Made by a program: the position numbers and the translations under genes. Under the pieces are notes generated by a model. The model was not told where the DNA came from, made no database searches, and saw only the letters and a program-made list of their open reading frames with translations. A DNA stretch of 64,000 bases, from positions 247,219 through 311,218 of the forward strand of contig JAYQSM010000005.1 of NCBI GenBank assembly GCA_038146885.1. The letters run 5' to 3'. This DNA comes from Rhodospirillaceae bacterium (GTDB lineage Bacteria > Pseudomonadota > Alphaproteobacteria > MPNO01 > UBA2964). This document shows positions 1-9,236 of this stretch, one piece after another; the stretch's first letter is position 1; each line of letters starts with the position of its first letter.

Positions 1-845
1 TTCTGCATACAGATTTTCCGCATTATGCTCGGGAATCCAACCCAGGAGAGACAGAGGAGGCGTTCGCGTCTCGGTGTGCGGAAAATCTAGAGCGATTGAT
101 AATCCGTGAGGGACCCGAAACCATAGCCGCCTTTTTCGCAGAGCCCGTCATGGGTGCCGGCGGCATTATAATGCCGCCTAAAGGATATTTTGAAAAAATT
201 CAAACGGTGCTTAAAAAATATAATATCCTCATGGTCGCTGATGAGGTCATTACGGGATTTGGACGGACTGGAAACTATTGGGGCTCTCAAACCTTTGGCG
301 TTGCCCCGGATATATTGACCTGCGCAAAGGCTCTGTCTTCCGGATACATACCGATATCCGCCGTACTTATCTCACACGAAATCTTCCAAACGGTCGCCCA
401 GAAAAGCCGCGATTTAGAGGTTTTTGGACACGGATTTACTTATTCGGGCCACCCTGTATCAGCAGCGGTCGCACTGGAGACATTAAAAATATATGAGGAA
501 ATGGACATACTTGGGCATGTGAAGAAAATCGCGCCCCTGCTAAAAAAAGGTATAGATTCGTTTGGTGACCACCCGATTGTCGGAGAGGTTTCCGCGGTGG
601 GGCTTTTAGCCGTTGCTGAGCTTGTTTCAGATAAGACGAGCCTCAAACCCTTTCCGCCCGAGAAAAAAGTAGGGGCCTACCTCATTCAAAAAGCGCTCGG
701 ACAAGGGCTTATTCTCCGTAATTTTGGAGATCGAATCGGGTTCTGTCCTCCCCTCATCATAAATCCTGATGAAATATCTGAGTTATTTGTTCGGTTCGGG
801 AAAGCCCTGGACGAAACTATGGACTGGGCAAAAAATAGGGGATAA
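1..845 (+). CDS. class III (omega-type) PLP-dependent aminotransferase, 5' end outside window
   Basis: The frame is open from nt 3 (LHTDFPHYARESNPGETEEAF...) into the listed ORF 96..845. AEPVMGAGGIIMPPKGYF, MVADEVITGFGRTGNYWG and TCAKALSSGYIP (Schiff-base Lys context) are typical of class III aminotransferases. Confidence 0.85.
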   Translation, partial: LHTDFPHYARESNPGETEEAFASRCAENLERLIIREGPETIAAFFAEPVMGAGGIIMPPKGYFEKIQTVLKKYNILMVADEVITGFGRTGNYWGSQTFGVAPDILTCAKALSSGYIPISAVLISHEIFQTVAQKSRDLEVFGHGFTYSGHPVSAAVALETLKIYEEMDILGHVKKIAPLLKKGIDSFGDHPIVGEVSAVGLLAVAELVSDKTSLKPFPPEKKVGAYLIQKALGQGLILRNFGDRIGFCPPLIINPDEISELFVRFGKALDETMDWAKNRG

Positions 846-925
846 GAGTCTGCGGCAATTCGGCACTTTGCCCCATTTAAAGCTGCCGTTATGATACGAG
901 AGCTCTCTCGCCCATTGAGGCCTTA

Positions 926-2140
926 ATGGATTACGAACTCTTCTTCAAAGACGCTATGAATAAGCTCAAATCCGAAGGACGCTACCGCGTCTTTGCGGAG
1001 CTTGAGCGGCATGCGGGAGATTTCCCGAATGCCACCTTATACGAGGGAAAACAGACAAACCCTATCACGGTCTGGTGCAGCAATGACTATCTCGGCATGG
1101 GTCAAAATTCCAAAGTCATTGACGCGATGAAAGAGGCTATAGACCGGTGCGGATCCGGATCAGGGGGAACCCGAAATATCTCGGGGACGACCCATGAGCA
1201 CGTCCTTCTTGAGCGGGAGTTATCATCGCTGCACAATAAAGATGCAGCTCTGCTTTTCACCTCAGGATATGTTGCAAACGAAGCAACACTCTCCTCCCTC
1301 GCCTCCAATATTCCCGGCTGTGTTCTTTTATCGGATGAATATAATCACGCCTCAATGATTGCTGGAATTTTAAATTCGGGGGCGGAAAAGCGAATTTTCA
1401 AACATAATAGTCCTGATGACCTGGAGAGCCAGCTGAGAGGCATAGACCCGGATCGACCCAAAATAATTGTCTTTGAGTCGGTGTACTCTATGGATGGGGA
1501 TATCGCTCCTATTTCCGAATTCTGTGATCTCGCAGAGAGGTACGGAGCGATCACGTATTTGGATGAAGTGCATGCGGTCGGTATGTACGGTCCAAATGGC
1601 GCTGGAATTGCGGAACGCGACGGGCAAATGGAACGTATCGACATTATCCAAGGCACGCTAGCAAAAGCGTTCGGCGTAGTTGGCGGTTATATCGCCGCCA
1701 ATACCACACTGGTCGATTTTGTTCGTTCTCATGCAAGCGGGTTTATATTTACGACGTCATTGCCACCTTCTATTGCGGCAGCCGCAACAGCCAGCGTGAA
1801 ACATGTTCGGGAGTTTGGCGCTGCGGACCGCGCGAGACATCAAGATCGTGCTCGAAAATTAAAAGCGACGCTCGCCAGTGCGGGTCTTCCGGTAATGCCC
1901 TCGGATTCACATATCGTCCCAGTAATGGTTGGCGATCCAATCTTATGCAAGCAAGTCACAGATGACCTCATAAGCCGATATAACATCTATGTTCAACCGA
2001 TAAATTATCCGACCGTCCCCAAGGGGACGGAGCGCTTACGCCTCACGCCAACTCCCTTTCATGGGGATGAAGACATTCAGGTTTTGGTAGAGGCACTCAG
2101 TGAAATTTGGTCACGTCTTAATATAAAAACTGCGGCTTGA
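926..2140 (+). CDS. hemA: 5-aminolevulinate synthase (ALAS)
   Basis: 404 aa. [22 protein letters not shown], [23 protein letters not shown] and the SMDGDIAP...[11 protein letters not shown] / [11 protein letters not shown]-Lys context match alphaproteobacterial ALAS. Confidence 0.95.
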   Translation: MDYELFFKDAMNKLKSEGRYRVFAELERHAGDFPNATLYEGKQTNPITVWCSNDYLGMGQNSKVIDAMKEAIDRCGSGSGGTRNISGTTHEHVLLERELSSLHNKDAALLFTSGYVANEATLSSLASNIPGCVLLSDEYNHASMIAGILNSGAEKRIFKHNSPDDLESQLRGIDPDRPKIIVFESVYSMDGDIAPISEFCDLAERYGAITYLDEVHAVGMYGPNGAGIAERDGQMERIDIIQGTLAKAFGVVGGYIAANTTLVDFVRSHASGFIFTTSLPPSIAAAATASVKHVREFGAADRARHQDRARKLKATLASAGLPVMPSDSHIVPVMVGDPILCKQVTDDLISRYNIYVQPINYPTVPKGTERLRLTPTPFHGDEDIQVLVEALSEIWSRLNIKTAA

Positions 2141-2679
2141 GCGACACACACCCAATTCGCGGGGTCCTGCCCGACCTTTTAAAAAAGAATCTTAAGGCGA
2201 TCCTCTGCGGCAGCGCAGCAGGTCATCACTCCGCTCAGAACCAAACCTATTACTCAGGTCCAGGTAATAGATTTTGGCAGGTGTTGTATCAAATCGGGCT
2301 CACCCCAATCCAGCTCCAGCCAATGGAATACTCCAAACTTTCTGATTACGGTCTCGGATTAACCGATTTGGCCAAAAACACCTTCGGTTCTGATCGTGAC
2401 ATCGCAAAATCCGCAGACGATCCAAACGCTCTGACCGATAAAATACTTAACTATCAGCCATTGGCTCTCGCGTTTATTGGGAAACGACCAGCGGCCGTTT
2501 GGCTCCAGAAACAGCACGGAATACGTCGAATCGGCTATGGGATACAGGCACACACAATTGACAAAACGGCGATATTTGTTTTGCCATCAACGAGCGGTGC
2601 CGCGAAACGCTATTGGGATATCACTCACTGGCGAGATTTCGCAAAATTCATAAATGGAAGGGGGGAAGCTCCAGAATGA
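2137..2679 (+). CDS. uracil-DNA glycosylase superfamily protein (Mug/TDG- or family-6-like)
   Basis: 180 aa. [11 protein letters not shown]...[30 protein letters not shown] and [10 protein letters not shown] line up by eye with Mug (VVFCGINPG...HPANRFWKVIYQAGFT, YQPQALAILGK, VLPNPSG). The TTG start overlaps the hemA TGA. Confidence 0.7.
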   Translation: MSDTHPIRGVLPDLLKKNLKAILCGSAAGHHSAQNQTYYSGPGNRFWQVLYQIGLTPIQLQPMEYSKLSDYGLGLTDLAKNTFGSDRDIAKSADDPNALTDKILNYQPLALAFIGKRPAAVWLQKQHGIRRIGYGIQAHTIDKTAIFVLPSTSGAAKRYWDITHWRDFAKFINGRGEAPE

Positions 2680-3680
2680 AAATTTCAATTTTTGGTGCAG
2701 GTGCCGTCGGATCTTTTTATGGGGCCGAATTGTCCAGAGCGGGAAAAGACGTGGCCTTAATCGGACGCGGTGCGCATTTAGAGGCCATGATTCAAAGGGG
2801 GCTGACAATTCGCCTCAAAGACGGGACCCAGTATCGCTCCCAACCGGTCTGTACTGATAATCCTGAATCACTGGGGATCCAGGACGTCGTCATCTTTGTC
2901 GTCAAGGCACATCAGCTCGAATATGCCGCACAACAAGCGGCTCCCCTACTTGGTCCCAATACACTGGTTGTCGCGGCACAAAACGGGATACCTTGGTGGT
3001 ACACTCATAAAGAAGGGGGCCTGCTCGACGGGAAAATTCTAAATTCGGTTGACCCCGGAGGAAAAATCCGACGCCTACTTGACCCGGACCAAACTTTGGG
3101 AGCTGTCATAAATGGATCCTGCTCAATTCTTGAGCCGGGGGTGATTTTCCATCCCGCGGACTCTCGACAGCTCACGGTTGGCGAACCCGGTTATCAATCG
3201 GATTCACGATGCACATTAATCGGCGACATCTTTAGAGAAACAACTACAGACATCAGAATTACGGACGATATTAGGAAGGTTGTTTGGCAGAAAATTATGT
3301 CCAACATCGGGGGCAGCATGATCTGCGTGTTAACGCGCTCCCCTTTGGGTAAGCTCAACGCCGACCCAGGATGCATGAGGGTTGTGCACGAAATTCTAAA
3401 AGATGCCAATAACGTTTGCGTTTCTCTGGGATATGATTTCTCGGCGTCCAATCAGGACAGAGTTCAGGTCCAAGAAAACGGCTCGCCTCACAAGCCATCA
3501 ACCTTACAGGATCTCGAAGCCGGTAAACCTATGGAGATAGATTCTATTGTGGGTGCTGTCGCTGAGATCGGCAGGTCAATCGGTCAACCAACGCCAATCA
3601 TAGATGCCCTTTATGCCGTCGTCAGACGGCTTGCCGAAGAGACAGGGTGCTACCCGAACAATACCTCTTTTACCCTCTAA
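2676..3680 (+). CDS. panE: 2-dehydropantoate 2-reductase (ApbA/PanE family)
   Basis: [16 protein letters not shown] Rossmann N-terminus at ATG 2676, which overlaps the upstream stop as ATGA. ApbA/PanE-like length and C-terminal domain. The listed ORF start at 2613 is probably an upstream artefact. Confidence 0.8.
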   Translation: MKISIFGAGAVGSFYGAELSRAGKDVALIGRGAHLEAMIQRGLTIRLKDGTQYRSQPVCTDNPESLGIQDVVIFVVKAHQLEYAAQQAAPLLGPNTLVVAAQNGIPWWYTHKEGGLLDGKILNSVDPGGKIRRLLDPDQTLGAVINGSCSILEPGVIFHPADSRQLTVGEPGYQSDSRCTLIGDIFRETTTDIRITDDIRKVVWQKIMSNIGGSMICVLTRSPLGKLNADPGCMRVVHEILKDANNVCVSLGYDFSASNQDRVQVQENGSPHKPSTLQDLEAGKPMEIDSIVGAVAEIGRSIGQPTPIIDALYAVVRRLAEETGCYPNNTSFTL

Positions 3681-3807
3681 TGAGTTGATGACAAGCCGAT
3701 AGTTTTTAAAGGCCACCTGATCCATTAGGGCCCCCAAATCCCCGATTTTATTGAAGTCCACTTGTCATGCTGGTTTAAACAATAGCCGTTATTCGGGGGA
3801 AGAGAAA

Positions 3808-4296
3808 TTAAGTTTCGATTAAAAAGTCTGCTTCGACTTCTATCGCAACGTCAAACGGCATTACATTAACGCCGGCAACCGTTCGAGCATGCTGCCCTGC
3901 CATTCCAAAAACATCGACAAAGAGTTCTGAAGCTCCATTTACAACGGCTGCAACTTCAGTCAAATCGTCCGTAGCGTTCACGTATCCCTTAACTTTAGCT
4001 ATCTTAATAATACGATCTAAATCGCCGTTCAGCGCTTTTTTAGCATGCGCTATCACATTTAACGCGCAGAGCCTCGCAGCCTCCCGGCCCTGACCAATAT
4101 CGAATTCTCGTCCAACTTTTCCGATAAAATGGAGTTCTCCATTCCATTGAGGCACCTGGCCAGATACATAAAGAATATTCCCCGCAATATTGCTACTGAG
4201 AATTTTGGCGACCTTCGGCTCTCGCGCTTCGGGCAATTCGATACCGAGTTCCTCCAATCTCTTTTCTATTTCTCCAACCAATGGACTCTCCTCCAT
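3808..4296 (-). CDS. RidA/YjgF/UK114 family protein
   Basis: IEKRLEELGIELPEA...GNILYVSGQVP...GKVG...ARLCALNVIAHAK...GYVNA...HARTVAGVNVMPFDVAIEVEADF is the RidA-family pattern. ATG 4296 is preferred; a TTG at 4335 is an alternative start. Confidence 0.8.
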   Translation of the reverse strand: MEESPLVGEIEKRLEELGIELPEAREPKVAKILSSNIAGNILYVSGQVPQWNGELHFIGKVGREFDIGQGREAARLCALNVIAHAKKALNGDLDRIIKIAKVKGYVNATDDLTEVAAVVNGASELFVDVFGMAGQHARTVAGVNVMPFDVAIEVEADFLIET

Positions 4297-4399
4297 GCTC
4301 CCACCGCCCTCCGATGGATCATGCACTTCTACCAACGCGCCATACAGATTAGACTAAGCTCAGGTAACGCCAAAATCTTTTATTCGATGCTATAATCAA

Positions 4400-4627
4400 A
4401 TGATCGGAATACATAAAAGATCGATTTCTGTGGCCGGACACAGAACGAGTGTCTCATTAGAGGAAGAATTCTGGACTGAGTTATCGGCAATTGCCGCCTC
4501 CAGAAACCTCTCGATAAGTCGCCTGATCACGGAGATTGATGCAAAAAAAACAACAAATCTCTCATCAGAAATCCGATTATTTGTTCTCAATAATCTAAAA
4601 CAACGGATAGATAAAAAAGAAGATTAA
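4400..4627 (+). CDS. small ribbon-helix-helix domain protein
   Basis: 75 aa. RSISVAGHRTSVSLEEEFWTELSAIAASRNLSISRLITEID...NLSSEIRLFVL resembles the alphaproteobacterial RHH-domain family (beta strand followed by two helices). Confidence 0.6.
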   Translation: MIGIHKRSISVAGHRTSVSLEEEFWTELSAIAASRNLSISRLITEIDAKKTTNLSSEIRLFVLNNLKQRIDKKED

Positions 4628-4644
4628 GAAGGTCGACTAAGGTC

Positions 4645-4671
4645 GATCCGTTTGAAATCAGGATCTTTTTT
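4645..4671 (+). terminator. weak hairpin plus T6 downstream of the RHH gene
   Basis: GATCC (4645-4649) pairs with GGATC (4661-4665) across an 11-nt loop and is followed directly by TTTTTT (4666-4671). The stem is only 5 bp, so this is a weak call. Confidence 0.3.
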
Positions 4672-4702
4672 CAACCCCGTTCGGTTCACTATCCTCGAGT
4701 TT

Positions 4703-5650
4703 TTATAAAAAAATCTTTCCAGGATTCATGATATTAAGCGGATCGAGCGCAAGTTTGATTTGTTTCATAACGCCAACACCAAGACCCATCTCTTCGATCA
4801 AACACTCACGTTTGCCGATCCCGATACCATGTTCCCCTGTGCAGGTTCCATCCAATTGTAATGCGCGCTCAATCATCTTTTTATTAACCGATTCAGCGGC
4901 TTTCATCTCCTCGGTTGAATTCGGATCAACCAGGAAAATTACGTGGAAATTCCCATCACCAACATGGCCAACAATCGTGGCTGGGACCCTCTGGCTCTCA
5001 ATATCTCGGCGCGTTTCTCGAATGCATTCTGCCAGACCCGAGATGGGGACGCAGACGTCGGTCGACCAGGCCCGAGATCCAGGCCGCGATGCCAGAGCCG
5101 CGTATAGCGCATTATGCCGAGCCTCCCACAGCTTAGACCGAGATTCTGAGTTGTCTGCCCATTGGAAATTAGCACCGCCGTTATCGTCAGCGATGGCCTC
5201 AACCATCTTCGCCTGCTCCCTCACCCCAGCAGTTGATCCATGAAATTCAAAAAACAAAGTGGGCCACGGATGGTAGTCTAACCCAGAGTACACGATACAC
5301 GCTCTCATTTGGGCTTCATCGAGTAATTCCATCCTTGCGACGGGAATTGCGTGCTGAATTGTAAGAATTGCTGTCTGCACCGCGGCGTCAACTGAGGGAA
5401 ACTGCACCACAGCCGCTGAGATTGCTTCAGGCAAACCGTGTAGCCGAACCGTTAGCTCCGTTATAATACCGAGGGTGCCCTCCGATCCGATCATCAATCG
5501 TGCCAAATCGTAACCCGCCGCACTTTTTCGCGCCCGATTGCCGGATTTGAAAATAGTCCCATCCGATAAAATTGCTGTGAGATTTAAGACATTTTCTCTC
5601 ATGGTCCCGTAACGGACTGCATTTGTCCCGGATGCCCGCGTTGCGGCCAT
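4703..5650 (-). CDS. FAD-linked oxidase / D-lactate dehydrogenase (LDHD-like), C-terminal segment of a frame-disrupted gene
   Basis: [24 protein letters not shown]... and the C-terminal [14 protein letters not shown]...[12 protein letters not shown] are LDHD/GlcD family hallmarks. It continues the upstream ORF 5679..6092 if one base of the A8 run at 5687-5694 is removed. Confidence 0.85.
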   Translation of the reverse strand: [315 protein letters not shown]

Positions 5651-5678
5651 ACCCCCGATCGTTGCATCGGCTCCCGGA

Positions 5679-6092
5679 TCAACCGGAAAAAAAAGGCCAG
5701 TATCCCGTAAGGAAGGCGTTAAGGGTCTTGCGCGTTACCCCCGCCTCAACGACGGCGTCCATATCGGATGAATTAACCTTTAGAATTGTATTCATTTTTG
5801 AGAGATCTATGCATAGACCTCCCTCCATCGCACCAACCCCACCCTCCAGAGAAGTACCGGCCCCAAAGGGAATGATGGGCACCTGATGCCTGTAGCAGAC
5901 GTCTACCAAAGCGGCGACTTCACGTGTCTTCTCCGGGAATGCAACAAAATCTGGCGGTCTTAAACTATGATGAGACTCGTCTTTGGCATGGTGCATCAAT
6001 ATTCCATTTTTATCGGTCACCTCGACCCCAGGGATCTTGTGCAGCTCCTCCACAAACTCATTGGTTATGATTCTTTGATCCTTCCGCTGCAC
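5679..6092 (-). CDS. FAD-linked oxidase / D-lactate dehydrogenase, N-terminal FAD-binding segment (frame-disrupted)
   Basis: [39 protein letters not shown] is a PCMH-type FAD-binding domain. The ORF ends ...[10 protein letters not shown] inside a homopolymer. GTG start at 6092. Confidence 0.85.
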   Translation of the reverse strand: [137 protein letters not shown]

Positions 6093-6105
6093 TGTAAATT
6101 TTTCT

Positions 6106-7335
6106 CTACCCTGTTTGAGTTTTTTCAGATGCGAATCTGGCTATCAAAAGGGCCAAACCGGCACCAAGAAGCGAAGACCCAGCCACAACAAAGGATGCTG
6201 CATACCAGCCCGAATATGTTGCCACAACAATTGCAGCCAATGGTGGAAGGGCAAGCGTCCCGATGTTCCCGCCCTGCACAACCCAACCAATTGCCGTACC
6301 GACCAATCTCGTCTTTGGTACGAGAGATGCCGCCGCACTCCAAGTCGCTCCAGGAATGACGCCGCAGAAGGCCGAGTAAAGTACGGCCATCACATAACGC
6401 ATTTCGAATCCGAGAAATTCTGAAAAAATTCCAAAAGACGTCAATCCTGTAAAAAGAGATCCGAAAAAAATTATCTTGGCAAAGGAGACATTCTTTTTCC
6501 TCAACCACCCGCCAAAAATATTGCCGCAGATATTTATTGCCACTGCCAATGCGGATAAGAGAGCGGCCAATGCGGGGGCTACCCCGAGATCTTCGATCAA
6601 CATGGTCGGCAAAAAACCATACACCGTAAGATAATTTCCGGCATAAGTCGCAAAAAAGAGACCAAGAAGAAGTGAACCTGGAGTTTTGAGAATAGAACAT
6701 GCATCCTTTAACGGTGTAACTTTTGTTAAACCTGTCTCTCTTCGAGTTCCCAAAGTCGGGATCAGAAGAGCAAGCCCGAGCGCGTAGGCACCCGCGATCG
6801 CACCGTTGATTAACCAGAGACCTCGCCAGCCGAAATCCTGGTCGGCCAGAAACAAAGGGGCAGCCAACATCATGGCTGCTGTCCCCGCAGGCATATAGGC
6901 CCCCCATATGCCGGCCGCCAGACGTCGATCTCCCTCCGTCGCCGTGACTTGGCCCAAGAGAGCGGGCACCGAGACAACAATTGGCAAATAGCCGATCGCT
7001 TCCACAAACCGTGAAATTAGAAGAATTTGACCATTTGGAGCGAATGCACCTGAAAAGCTGCCGAACGCAATCGAACAAAGACCGAATAAGAGCGAGCGCC
7101 GATAGCCTGCTGTATCCGCAAATGCCCCACCAAAGATCCCGACAATAGCCGCAAATAAAGCGTAGATCCCAATAATCCAGCCGGAAAACACCAGATCGAG
7201 CCCCAGCTCGTTCCTGATCAGGGTCAACGCTGGCGGTGCCTTTCCAATTTGGAAGGCGCACACAACCCCCGCCCCAATTAAAAGATAGACCGAGAACCAA
7301 TTTGTCTTTGACGTGCTCTCTCGTGACAAATTCAC
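6106..7335 (-). CDS. MFS transporter
   Basis: 409 aa and strongly hydrophobic, with about 12 predicted helices by eye and a GYRRSLLFG loop motif between TM2 and TM3. It lies 13 nt upstream of the D-LDH-like gene on the same strand. Confidence 0.85.
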   Translation of the reverse strand: MNLSRESTSKTNWFSVYLLIGAGVVCAFQIGKAPPALTLIRNELGLDLVFSGWIIGIYALFAAIVGIFGGAFADTAGYRRSLLFGLCSIAFGSFSGAFAPNGQILLISRFVEAIGYLPIVVSVPALLGQVTATEGDRRLAAGIWGAYMPAGTAAMMLAAPLFLADQDFGWRGLWLINGAIAGAYALGLALLIPTLGTRRETGLTKVTPLKDACSILKTPGSLLLGLFFATYAGNYLTVYGFLPTMLIEDLGVAPALAALLSALAVAINICGNIFGGWLRKKNVSFAKIIFFGSLFTGLTSFGIFSEFLGFEMRYVMAVLYSAFCGVIPGATWSAAASLVPKTRLVGTAIGWVVQGGNIGTLALPPLAAIVVATYSGWYAASFVVAGSSLLGAGLALLIARFASEKTQTG

Positions 7336-7396
7336 AATCCTAACTATTTCCGACGAATACTTTCATGTAATTTATCCACCATAAGAGGATTTAATC

Positions 7397-8137
7397 ATGC
7401 TATGGCTCCGTCGCCTCGGCGTCACCTTAATTGTTATTCTTATGGGACCATTGATCTCAGCCGCAAATGGCACGGGAAAAATCAGAAGTGATTGGTATTC
7501 GGCAAGCCGCGAATCGGCTGGCATTGCGCCTGATCCCAAAAAGATAACAGATCCTATTTTACAAGTATACGCAGCGAGAGCCTTCTCTTGGCGCGGAGCT
7601 TTTGCTGTTCATACATGGATCGCGATTAAAGATCAAAATGCTGAAGATTATGAAACACATGAGGTCGTCGGCTGGGGGCACCACGATGATTCGGGCGTGC
7701 TTCGATCCCGAACCGGGGTGCCGGACAGATACTGGTACGGAGCAAAACCAGTTTTATTGACAGAACTCAAAGGCCAGTTGGCCAAAAAAGCAATCCGTGA
7801 AGTGCGCGAAGCAATAACAACCTACCCGTGGCCCTCTTCCTATCAGAGCTGGCCCGGTCCAAATAGCAACACGTTCACAGCTTGGCTGATCCGCCAATCG
7901 CCAAGCGTTAAAGCAAATCTTCCACCTACAGCGATTGGCAAAGACTATCTCGGCCCGCTCACGTTTATTGGAAGTGCTCCCAGCGGGACTGGGATTCAGT
8001 TATCGCTATGGGGAAGCTTTGGTTTTTTATTGTCGGAGGTTGAAGGGCTTGAGATCAATATTTTTGGCCTCTCTTTCGGCTTGAATCCGTTCTCAAGGAC
8101 TTTGCGCCTTGCCGGACTGGGAACAATTAGTTTTTGA
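7397..8137 (+). CDS. conserved exported hypothetical protein (DUF3750-like)
   Basis: 246 aa with an N-terminal signal/TM segment (LGVTLIVILMGPLISA). WRGAFAVHTWIAIK...YEVVGWG resembles my recollection of DUF3750; the family assignment is from memory only. A good RBS (AAGAGG) lies upstream. Confidence 0.5.
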   Translation: MLWLRRLGVTLIVILMGPLISAANGTGKIRSDWYSASRESAGIAPDPKKITDPILQVYAARAFSWRGAFAVHTWIAIKDQNAEDYETHEVVGWGHHDDSGVLRSRTGVPDRYWYGAKPVLLTELKGQLAKKAIREVREAITTYPWPSSYQSWPGPNSNTFTAWLIRQSPSVKANLPPTAIGKDYLGPLTFIGSAPSGTGIQLSLWGSFGFLLSEVEGLEINIFGLSFGLNPFSRTLRLAGLGTISF

Positions 8138-8372
8138 TGATGTTTTCCACACTCATGAACGCGATATCCTTACCGAGTGTGACGGCACGATCAGGGTCGG
8201 GCACACCCTTCCGATTTTCGATTTATCGGGCTGGGACCGGCAATACCCAGAGCTTTAGGATCAGGGTCAATAGACCGAAAGAGCTAACGAAATTCCGAGT
8301 GGAAAAACCTTAATGAGCTCTGAAATCGATCTCGTAAAAAGAATTTTAAAATCTTTAAAGTAGACCAAACCG

Positions 8373-9236
8373 ATGAAGTTAGGTGACCTCTTGATTGCAG
8401 TAATCGTTGTTATGGTCTGGGGGGGGAATTTTGTAGCCATGCGAATTGGCGTCATGGACCTACCCCCTTACATGGCACTTAGTCTTCGGATGCTGATCGC
8501 TTCCGCCATCCTAGTTTGGTTTTTGAAATCACCCAAAGGCCAATTAGGCCTTTTATTTGTCATTTCAGCGACCATGTCGACTCTACATTTCGGTCTTGGT
8601 CTGGTTGGAGTCCAATACATTGACGCGGGGGCTGGGGCGATTGCCATGCAAACTTCTGTACCCTTTGCCGCCCTGCTGGCCTGGGTTGTTTATCGGGAAG
8701 CCTTTGGTTGGCAACGATTTACCGGAATGTTGATAGCATTCACAGGCATTGTAACTATCGCAGGTTCACCAACACTAAGCGGCAATTTGATCATGTTGGG
8801 GATTATGGTCATCTCAGCCTTTTTCTTCGCCGTTGCTTCACTTTGCATCCGAAAGCTTAAAGACATTGATTTTGTCTCCCTAAACGGCTGGGTATCCGTT
8901 TTAGCACTTCCGCAAGCGATTTTGATTTCAATATGTTTTGAAAGTAACCAATTTTTCCTTGCAAGGGAGGCCACTTTGCCGACTTGGATTGGCGTGGTTT
9001 ACATGGCGATTGGTGCAACCATCGTTGGCCAAGGATTCTGGTACAGGCTTCTTGCCCGGTATGAAGTTAATAAGGTGATGCCCTTTACTTTGCTGGTTCC
9101 GGTTTTCGGTGTCTTTTTTGGGGCGGTATTTTTGCAAGAAAGTGTCACAGTTCAGATGCTAACAGGAGGTTTAATCACCATCGGAGGGGTCGCGATTATT
9201 TTACTTCACCGAGGCGAGAAAGGACTTATCCAATAG
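8373..9236 (+). CDS. EamA/DMT family transporter
   Basis: 287 aa with about 10 hydrophobic helices in two EamA-like halves (VWGGNFVAMRIG...; ...GQGFWYRLLARYEVNKVMPFTLLVPVFGV). Confidence 0.85.
   Translation: MKLGDLLIAVIVVMVWGGNFVAMRIGVMDLPPYMALSLRMLIASAILVWFLKSPKGQLGLLFVISATMSTLHFGLGLVGVQYIDAGAGAIAMQTSVPFAALLAWVVYREAFGWQRFTGMLIAFTGIVTIAGSPTLSGNLIMLGIMVISAFFFAVASLCIRKLKDIDFVSLNGWVSVLALPQAILISICFESNQFFLAREATLPTWIGVVYMAIGATIVGQGFWYRLLARYEVNKVMPFTLLVPVFGVFFGAVFLQESVTVQMLTGGLITIGGVAIILLHRGEKGLIQ

Noticed and set aside
846-925. Possible FNR/FixK-type box (TTGCCCCATTTAAAG) upstream of hemA.
   Set aside because: It matches the TTGAT-N4-ATCAA consensus poorly, with only TTG....AA retained, which is not distinguishable from chance.
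8138-8222. Minus-strand reading IENRKGVPDPDRAVTLGKDIAFMSVENIIKN* in the 235-nt gap after the DUF3750-like gene, which looks vaguely like the C-terminal remnant of a decayed gene.
   Set aside because: It is only 31 codons, is bounded upstream by a stop, and has no start codon. The resemblance to any family (for example a glyoxalase-like DPDG motif) is too weak to call a pseudogene without a database search.
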